Assembly: GCA_965153455.1 (NCBI GenBank)
Contig: OZ234494.1
Location: 3,782,001-3,846,000, forward strand
Direction: 5' to 3'
DNA: 64,000 bases
Source of the DNA: Sphagnum compactum
Taxonomy: Eukaryota
The notes below the pieces were generated by a model that did not search any database, was not told the DNA's origin, and saw nothing but the letters and a program-made list of their open reading frames with translations. Below are positions 54,705-64,000 of the stretch, piece after piece; positions within the stretch are counted from its first letter, which is position 1, and each line of letters begins with the position of its first letter. The translations under genes were made by a program, and so were the position numbers.

Positions 54705-54718
54705 CTCTCTCTGTGTCT
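54650..54718. repeat. Compound (CA)n(CT)n microsatellite just upstream of the putative EF-hand start exon
   Basis: Directly visible. Confidence 0.95.
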
Positions 54719-54762
54719 GTGCACATTCATGCTTGAAAACCATTCTTCTTGTTGGGGCCAAG

Positions 54763-57700
54763 ATGGACACGACACGGAATCCTCTGGTTGAGCTTACATA
54801 CTCCCTTCCTCTCAAACCACGTTTTGCAGAATTCTGAATCATATTTTAAGATCTAGGCCTCTGTCTCTATAGCCAATATTGTAAACAAGATGATGTGTCA
54901 AGCTTCATAACTGTGCTTGTCCAACTCTTGAATCATGCAAAGTTAGTATTGAAGAATGTGAGTGAGGGACTGACTACTAACTTCATCATCATGGTTTTGC
55001 AAAATTATCATGCTTTCACATCAACTCAGAAGATGTGCTGCTCAACTACATTTAAACTGGAAAAAAAGGTGAAATTTTATGTGCTCCTCAGGATGTTGTT
55101 GCAAAGATGGGATACACAAATTGGTTGCGTGTACATGGGAAGCTCTTGAGACCTGACTTGAGCAAAGAACAACATCTGGAACTGAAAGAATGTTTTGAAC
55201 TTCTTGACACTTCTGGCAGTGGTAAATGTTTTAAACCTTTGAGCTTTTGTGTTTAAAATTTGTATCTTGTCAAGTTGAGATTGCCCAAGAATCATGCAAA
55301 ATTTTGTGAAATTTTGAATTGGTTTTGGCTTCAAATTATTAGTTGTTTCTGCTAATATTTGTCATCAGCTTAAATCACCTTCTTCTCTTCAATTCATGTT
55401 TAGTACTTTGTAATTGAGGTGTCATTTTGAAATCTAGAATTACTTCTGAAAGTTTGATGGTCATTTTGACAAGTTTTATCAAGTATTGCAGGGACCTAAG
55501 CAATTGTGGATTTTGTAATTGAGATCGTTCAATGATGCAAGCACATAATGTAGCCTGGAGCATTATATTTGTGTGACAGGAAAAAAAATTCAATCTAGTG
55601 CTTATGACAAAAAATTTGGATGGTGATGAAGGCAGGGTGGATACATATGCCAGAACTTGTGACAGCCTTCCATGTACTCGGTATGGATGTGAAGCAAGCA
55701 GAAGTTAATGCAATCATGGCTGAGGCGAGTCCTGTTGGGAATACCCACATGGTATTAGCTCCATCTTGACCTTGGTTTGCTACCAAACTCTAGGGTTTCC
55801 TTTTCTTTTCATAACAATATTATGGAGAGCTGGGCATTCATGAAGGAGGGATTCATTGACCTTCATGAAAATGCTCTAGATAATCCATTGGGGGTTGATT
55901 GTGATTCTTCACACACAATCTGTGACCACCATGCTTACTTTAGTGGTGCCTTTTGCTGTTGTTGAAGATGGAATTTAAAGCCTGAAATCATATGTACCAT
56001 ATCTTCCATGACTCCCTTTCTTCAAACAGGTAGAGTTTGCACATTTTATGCAAATAATGATGAAAAACTTGGACAAGATCCCAACAGATGTCTATGTCCC
56101 CAGAGATGATGGTATGCAATATAATGCCTCTTGGGATTTTAATGTGGTGCTGATCCCTAATATTCTTGAAAACAAACAAGAAAGAGATTTCAGTTCATGA
56201 TGTGGGCATGCTTGAGAAATATAATTGAGAGCTGCTACATTCCTGCATTCAAAAGTGAAAATGAACCACACTCAATGATGACTGTGGAAAGATTTAATTT
56301 TACTCTTTCAGCAAGTTTTGCATGTTGAATGTCTTTAATACCAGTGTCTTCATACTTGAATTTTGAATTTGCACCCTTTTTTTTCTTTTTTTTGGCAGGA
56401 AGGGGCCCAAGTGCCGAGTATTCACTTCCCTTCTGTTTCCTGGCACAAGCATACAGGCGAAAAAAAGTAAGTTCAAGAAAAATGCAGCTCGTCTGGATGA
56501 TTTCTTAAATTATGATTGTGTCTGTAATGAATGAGCTTGAATGGCACATTTTATTATTAGCAAGATGTAAACTGAAGTTCTTGAAGTAGTAGGTCTATGA
56601 ACACTAATGTGCTGTCAAATGACAATGGTTTATTGCAAAATATATATTATAATGTTGTAACCATCAACTGTTGTCATCATATTCACATCATAGAATATTT
56701 GAAGATGGGAAACTGAGTGCAGCCCACTGGACCTTTTGAAGAGAGTTTGACATCCTTGAGTATGTGATATATGTGGTTGGAAAGTTGATAGAAGCAGTAA
56801 TGGAAGGAAATAAAGCAACAATAGAGCGTATAAAGTACCGGACATTTGCAGCTGACATGGAAAGGCAAGCATTAAAAGATGAAGCAGCTGGCAAATCTAA
56901 GCAGGTTAGGGGCCAATTGAATAATGTCATTGAATAAGTTTAAAACATTATTTACTATATACAAAGTCAAATAGTGTTGTAATTTTTTTATCATGGTATA
57001 TAATCATATTTGATGGAGCATTCATTTGAATGTTTGCATGAACGACGACTTCTCAATGATTGCTAATGGAGCATGTCTCCAAATTAATGCAAACTGAAAA
57101 TCTAAGCAGATTTGGTCCAGTTGAGTATGTTGATGAATTTGAGCCAAATTAAACTATATACAAAGTTAGCATGACCTAGTTATCATACATAATTTCATGT
57201 TTGATGAGGCATTCGTTTGAATTTTTGCTATGAATATTTTCTCAATGATTGTTCTTGGAACACATCTCCAAATGATTGCAAATTGATCACATGTTGTCAC
57301 AATTTTTCTTTCCATATATTTTTAGTCAAATGAGAGGAAAGTCCAAAGCATTGTTCCCGCCTATTGCTCTATATAACTCCGTTGAATTCAAAAGTAGAAA
57401 CTCCATTGTCACACACATCCCAACACTTTCAATTGGTACTCATGTTTTCCATTATTATCTACAAGTACGACAGATTCAAAACTAGTTGCCAAATCAAAAG
57501 CAGTGAAATTACCACAATAGTGTAAAACCAACATATGACATTCAAAATGCACATTCATACTGGGACAAATATACAAGCCTCAAACTGACAGTCACCATGT
57601 ACTCCATGTCTAACCCATGGTTCAGGTTGTGAAAAAGAATTGGCGAATGTCACTTGAACAGAATCGGGTACACAGTTGACTATTATTTCAAACTCTCTAA

Positions 57701-58350
57701 TTTCCAATTTTACTGTGATGATCTACACCCCACTGACTCCAAAATTATCAACATGTGAATGTCCTGCTACCAGTTTACAGCTGCTGCATATGAGCTTCAG
57801 GTCAAGTCATCAAATTTAATTGATGAATAAATTTGCATAGAACTTGGATGTACAAACCCTTGGCAACACTGAAATTTGCAGTGAGAAAGTACCATGTCTG
57901 TCACTCAATGATGAGTTGAGCTCAGAAATTGGTTGCAGAGATCCCAACACATTGGCAAGATGAGATTAAAGCATGGCCCCAAAAAGGAACATGTCATAAT
58001 TGGTATGGAAATGTATCTGAAAGTTCTTGCCATATTTACGATTATGGTTAACACAATTTTTGTTGATCAACTGTAGACATAAGTTTTCAAAACATCTAAC
58101 TTGAAGGCAGAGATATTTAATACTGTGCAAATGAAAATATATATAAGAACTTGATGAATACAAAAAATGATTTTAGAAGAAGTATATGTATACATTGTTG
58201 GTTGCAGAGGCACCATTCCCCCCCTACATTCTTCGAGACATGAATCCTGAGGTGAAGAATGTGTTATTCAGCAAAGACGAACAGCACTTAATGGAAGATG
58301 AGAAAGACCAGGTTGGAGGGCAACCTGATGATGCCAAATGTAAGCATTGA
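54763..58350 (+). CDS. Centrin/calmodulin-like EF-hand protein; well-supported exons 55092-55221, 55636-55724, 56030-56111, 56399-56466, 56785-56904; tentative exons 54763-54786, 57626-57667, 57781-57800, 57882-57931, 58208-58350
   Basis: Phase-consistent splicing gives DVVAKMGYTNWLRVHGKLLRPDLSKEQHLELKECFELLDTSGS|GWIHMPELVTAFHVLGMDVKQAEVNAIMAE|VEFAHFMQIMMK...RDD|GRGPSAEYSLPFCFLAQAYRRKK|LIEAVMEGNKATIERIKYR... The segment LSxEQxxELKECFELLDTxGSGxI..EL..A...LG......EV..IM is the centrin/CaM N-lobe pattern. The ORF track misses it because the exons are short. The 5' and 3' ends are tentative. Confidence 0.75.
56893..57287 (+). repeat. 205-bp tandem duplication starting at an exon end of the EF-hand gene
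   Basis: AAATCTAAGCAG at 56893 and 57098, each followed by alignable intron sequence (ACTATATACAAAGT, CTCAATGATTG, TCTCCAAAT). Confidence 0.8.
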
Positions 58351-60379
58351 GTTGAAATGTCATGCAGTATGTTGACATGTTGCTATCTTATGATTGACCA
58401 TAATTTAACATCAAATGTGAATTCAAGCTGTATATTTTTGAGGTACCTGCAAACTAAGACTAACACTTGAGGGTGCTTGATGATGATAATTATTTCAAGA
58501 GTTTCAGCTAATTCAAGAAGTGAATGTTCAAATGTCATCATCATGTAATATGAGTATTGTACATTTTATTAAAACATGTGAACATGTTATGTGCTCTTTT
58601 CATGATCATTCAAGTGACAGATGCAAGCACAATATTTCCCCAAAATCTCCAATACCAACAAAAACTTGAAGCTTTTCGTTCTGAGGTATTTATCATCAGA
58701 ACAAACTTTAAAGTTGTAATTTGGCTTTGTCTAAATAATGTGTATTATTCTTTGCTTGATTGCTCGCTCACTCGCTTGCTTGCTTTTGCATGAGTAATGA
58801 TGGAAAAATTGAATGAAATTTAGCAGGTTCGGCATAAACCAACATTGAAACAACAAATGATACATTTGCAAGCATTCAAGACAATGCGTGAATTTTGGAA
58901 GAATGGTCATTGGGAAGTGAAAGGCAGCCCACTTCTTCATCTGGCCTGATGTCCTGTTACCACCAAATTTCAGTATTGATGTCAAGCTCCAAACTACAAA
59001 TGAAGCCCAGACTTGGCCACCTGATGGATTCTTCCACTATTCTTGATTGTGCAACACAACATTGCCTTTCCACCCAAAACACTTCATACTCTTATGGGAA
59101 TTTTTAATACAAATTTTGATGCTAGCTAGAGCTGGTGTGACTGACAGCCTCTCACCCACACTTTAGGTAGGGCCTTCATTTGGGGGTACGGCCTTCATTT
59201 AGAGGCCGGCCCCTTGAGTGTTTTCCTTGTGGTTCCTATTTTAAGACTTCAAGACTACTTTTGGCCTACAGACTCCAGAGGTCATGTGGTAACCAATGTA
59301 TCCACTCACCCACTAATGTTCATTAGCGAAACTTGATTTTGGAAATCATGCAAAATTACTTGTTAAATAAAAGATTACAATCTTGCAAGATGCCTACCAA
59401 ATTTCTCACACTGGGACATGGGAGTTAGCCTAGGGTTCTCTCAGGAGTGCAATTCCTGTTGCAAATTGGTCTTCATTTCTTGGAAACTTTAATAGCTCAT
59501 TATTAAATAATAATTGTTAAATATCCACAATTGCTGTTGCAAATTAGTCTTCCTTTCATGGAAATATTAGTAGTTCATTAGTTATAGATTAATTATTATT
59601 TCATATCCTATCCACATCATTTGGAGTAAAAGGAAATATGTAAAAGAGCCAACCATCATGCATCTAAGGGTTGTTCCATCCATCTTTGATTTGCAACAAT
59701 GGATGTGAGCCACTTGAGGGTAATGGCCTATGGAACCACTCCTAATGACATGCCCATGCCCATCTTATTGGCCGCATTGCCCTGTTAACACACAACTTTT
59801 CACACAATGAAACATATTTTCAAAAATCTGTTTAGGAACTCATATAGCAAACCAATAGTCAAGCCCTGCAAGTCAGATTAGTCAGATAACCATGTATAAT
59901 GGTTATAAATCCTTCACAACCACTTCAACATCCTACTAAAAGCATTTTGAAACAGTGTTGAGCTCAAATTATTCAGCTTCTGTAACAAATTACTTGCTCC
60001 AAACTGAATTTACTGCCATGGAATAAGAAGTCATTTCTTAACATCAGTGGGCATCCTAGTCCAAGCATAATGTCAACCCATCCGCTTAGCATTGTCAATG
60101 CATGAAGAGCCCATAGAATTTTTCTAGTTTAATTGGAGTTCACCTTACCCTCACTAAAATTTCTGCATCAAAAAGAGGACGGTACCATAGGTGTAAGGTT
60201 CCACAAAATTGAGGAACATAAGGTTCCTCCTCTCCTACCCTACTCTATTTTGTCTTTTCTATTCTGAAGTTGTCTTTCACTGACTGTCAAAACATATATT
60301 GCACAAAGTATAATCCTGCAGCACTCAAATTGAATCACTCCCACAGCCATCCAGTAAATTCTCCCATTGCTTTATGCCA

Positions 60380-60485
60380 GGTAAGGACCTCAAAGGTGGC
60401 CATTCTGGGAAGTAAGGTCAAAAGCCCAGCTCCCACCTTAACTGGGGCCCTCATTCCCAGACTAGCCCTGCTCTAGGTCCTTACC
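60380..60485. repeat. Small foldback element (GGTAAGG...CCTTACC family)
   Basis: Perfect GGTAAGGACCT/AGGTCCTTACC ends, with internal TCTGGGAA/TTCCCAGA and CCCAG/CTGGG pairs. Confidence 0.75.
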
Positions 60486-62055
60486 CTACATGTAATTTCA
60501 ATCTATTTCCTATCACATCTGATGTTTGGCCCAATTGCTTATTGATATCCTCCACAATTTGCTTGTAATACCAATCTATTTCCTTGCACATCTTATGTTT
60601 AGCCCGATTGCTTATTGATGTCCTCCACAATTGCATGCATGTCAACAAACTCTCGAGTGTTCCTAGCATACCCAACAAACATAGGATTGCATCTTGACTG
60701 CCCTTGCATGCCTAACAGGCATTCAAGATGTCAAATCTGGTTAACTTCAACCAAATAAACTTCAAGCTGAAGTCTTGTCAAGTTTGGTATCTTGGTTTGA
60801 GTTTAGCATCCTGAACTCGAAAGAAAATATGAATTTTTGACCTAGGAAAATCAAGACTCAAAAGACAAACATTAAAACAAATAGGTAGTATACCAAAAAA
60901 ATGATTTTTAATGTTCACTTTGTCCCCTACATCCAAAGCAATGGCAAGTTTATACTGAAATTTGCAGTAAATTTATTCTGCAAAATATAATTAATTGTCT
61001 GCAATAAAAGGAAACCAAATCGTGTTGACAGGTGCATCAGTATGGCACCTGGGCAAGCGGTGCAAGCCAATTGGTTGCCCAAGCATGTTTGGAAACATGA
61101 GCACATGACATAATATGACACTAAATGTGTTGGAAATTCCCCACCCAACACTAGTTAAAAACAAACCTTTTCCACTCTCCTACTATAACACGAGCACCAC
61201 ATTATCAATTTCATCTAGTTTCATCACCACAGCACTTTTGAAACTATGTGCCTTAAGAAACATAGCTTTCACCAACTAGCTACAGAGCCAATGGGATAAG
61301 TGGAATTGCACCAAATTTTTTGCATTGGATTGTGAAAAACATTAAATCTTGCTAAGGGTTCCAAGTAGGACTAACCAATGAATGTTTCCAAGTTGAACTG
61401 GTGGGAGATCACAATTGTGTCCCAACACCACACTGAGCAACACAAAAACCTGCCAACCTCCCTGACTCCCCCATAACTGATAACATCTAAATCATCTTCA
61501 TGCATGACCAATCTCATTGACCCACCTAGTATTTCTATTCATATGTGTTCACTACCCTCCTTGGAGCTTGAAGCTTATGTGCAGTCCAACAGTCAATTGA
61601 GCATACTTTAAAAGACACATAATGATAATAAAACATCTTCATCAATTGTGCACCACCTCAACAATCTCAAACTCTTCAACCACTCCAAGAACATCTACCC
61701 AAAATAGCATGACAATTAAGAATAGGACTGGTGTAAAGAGATAAGATGGAAACCTTTCATGATGAAAATGCCATCCATTCCAATTGGGAATTGAGGACCT
61801 TTCTCTATTTTGAACATGTATGCAGCAAAATATTCACCAATGCCTATGAGCTGAACACATTAAGTACAACCTATTCTCAATATACCATTTCATTTCCATT
61901 ATCAGAACCCAAGATACATTTAATCATCCTTGCTAAACAAGAAGTGAAAGAGGCCACCAATGCATTAAGCATTCTCTTAAGACACCATTCTGGAAGGGAA
62001 AAAAACAAACACATGAGTTACCTGTATCAGGAAGAGGGCCCATGTTTCATGGGCA

Positions 62056-63904
62056 TCAAATGACAGTCTCAAAAACCTGGGGAACACTGACATCTTTGAA
62101 TGCAGGGTCCAACCATTCAGGATAAGGAAGACCCTTTGACTTCAAAAAGTCAACATTGAAGACCTTACTCTGATACCTTGTTCCCAAATCACAAAGAATA
62201 GTCACAATTGTGTGCCCTGGCCCAAGCTCCTTCGCTAATTTTATGGCTCCTGAAAACCAAGGCATTTTACTCAAGAAACTGACTAGCATATTTGGTCAAT
62301 TCTTCTGAATTTATTATATGCTCCATATGCTTTTATTCTTATATAGTATGTTCTACTGAAGGTGTGGAGTCATTGGCACTGCAATTTAGTAGATCCTTGC
62401 CACCCACCTCCACATCACCCATATAACATTTACTGCCTCTGAAAACATGATTATTTGAACCATGATGACAGAAGAACTAGGACAGTCACCCTAACCTAAA
62501 CTTCTGTGGAAGTCTATCTTGTAATTACAAACATGTTGTGAGAACACTATGTTTTGCCAAACTAGATTAGGAAATCCAGACAAAGCGACCATTATGAATA
62601 AGTCTAAGCACTTACCACCAATATTGATGGCTGTTGACCCCCCCATACAAAAACCCTCTTGTTTTAGAAGGTCAAAAATAAGAGGTAATGCCTCCTCATC
62701 TGTTACCTGCAAATCACAACATTAATACCAGTGAAACCCTTGTTCTGGACACAATTTTCTTTTGCAAATTGAAGGTGAGCAGCTTACTCAAAACTATCTT
62801 ATTCCACCCCAATCCCAAGTAAAATCATGATGATCCAGACTGTTAAGGTGCAGATATGTTCAGAAAAACTCAGATCTCTGATCTTGACCGCACCAAATAA
62901 GATGACCCCTGCTACACACACCTGGCACCAAAAATCAACAGCACCACCATCTCGGGCAGGCACGCCCCAGCTTTCCAAATTGGCAGTGACGCGACCTTGA
63001 CCAATTCCTTCAGAAATCTGTAAACAATTCAAAACACTGCCAAGCTTCACCAATTGCTGTCTTGAGCACCCCAAGAAAATGGTGGAATTTCATTTATTAC
63101 CAGGTATAAAATTATCTGCCAGCATTCTAAAGTAAGGCACCTCTGTACTTAGATTTCTCGATTTAACACTGTGGATATGAATGTCCAGGTAACATTTATC
63201 AACCTCCTGAACCATCAAGCTGCTCAAGACAATTTCAATTAATGCATGATTATTCCAAGCTGCTCTATTTTTGCAGACTGACTCTGGCATCCAAGCTGCT
63301 CAAAACAAAAACAATCCCAGAAGAGCAAGAAGAGGCCATACTGAAGTTCCTGATGATTCAAGCACACCACTGGAGTAATAGTTGTACATGGCTGCTCCCA
63401 TGGGGTCTGCCATTCCAATCCTAACATTTGGATTCTGCTCCTTCAAATACTACACAAGGTGATATTTGCAAGCTTAAGTGCAACTGTGGTGATGTACAAT
63501 TGAAGAGACATGTCACACTATATAGTCTGTCCCCAATGATTTAGAGCCAGGCATCCATAAACAGAAGAGGTCACACATCTGCCCACTTGAAGTAGAACTA
63601 GAGTTGAATTCCAGTCTATGGATCCTACCATTTGCAGAGTCCTGAGGTACCTCATAGTGTACACCAACCTATCAAGTCCAGATACTTTTAGAAAAGACAA
63701 AGATAGAACAGCCACACAAGGACCTACAGATGATACACAAAATTCATATACAGAACAACTATATATCACAATTACTCTTGAAACCTAAAGGAAACAGGAC
63801 AATGTATCAATGTACCTTGCCAACTCCCGCAAGGGTGCCCCCTGTGCCAATGGCACAAATGAACCCATCCACCTTTCCTTCTGTCTGCTTCCATATCTCT
63901 GGCC
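62056..63904 (-). CDS. Cysteine synthase (PLP-dependent O-acetylserine sulfhydrylase family), 3' part only; exons 63904-63816, 63449-63342, 63017-62922, 62706-62616, 62249-62056; 5' exons lie beyond the window
   Basis: The spliced translation reads [84 protein letters not shown]...[79 protein letters not shown]...*. It contains the GTGGT PLP-phosphate loop. All introns are GT-AG and the phases are consistent. Confidence 0.93.
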
Positions 63905-64000
63905 CTACAGAAGGACAAGACAGTTACACAACTCTTAGAGCTAGAATCCCAACATACACAACACTATGTGTGAACTTATCCACAATGAGCAGCACAACCA

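Noticed and set aside
14110..58350. Reproductive gene cluster (bHLH II plus centrin-like gene)
   Set aside because: The genes are ~36 kb apart across TE DNA, and their functions are only inferred; there is no evidence of co-regulation.

Overview
This is AT-rich, intron-containing land-plant nuclear DNA. By inference from gene content and repeat style it is a moss, most resembling Sphagnum. I could reconstruct three spliced protein-coding genes by hand. (1) A complete four-exon clade II bHLH transcription factor (bHLH010/089/091-EAT1/TIP2 type) on the minus strand at 14110-18718. (2) A multi-exon centrin/calmodulin-like EF-hand gene on the plus strand at about 54763-58350, with a GC-AG intron and an apparently missing second EF loop. 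(3) The 3' five exons of a cysteine synthase on the minus strand at 62056-63904; its motifs are of the fungal/alphaproteobacterial type rather than the canonical plant OAS-TL type, and it continues beyond the window. The rest is mostly decayed transposon DNA. This includes a head-to-tail array of Helitron-like units (1972-3787), a probable second Helitron (49657-52045), and a full-length but dead hAT element with TIRs and a degenerate 8-bp TSD (24763-28334). There are also several related hAT MITEs (two with perfect 8-bp TSDs), nested long inverted repeats (7.1-9.8 kb), a small GGTAAGG...CCTTACC foldback family, and many tandem duplications and microsatellites. I found no CRISPR array, rRNA or prokaryote-type system, and I cannot support a wholly new biological system from this sequence alone.
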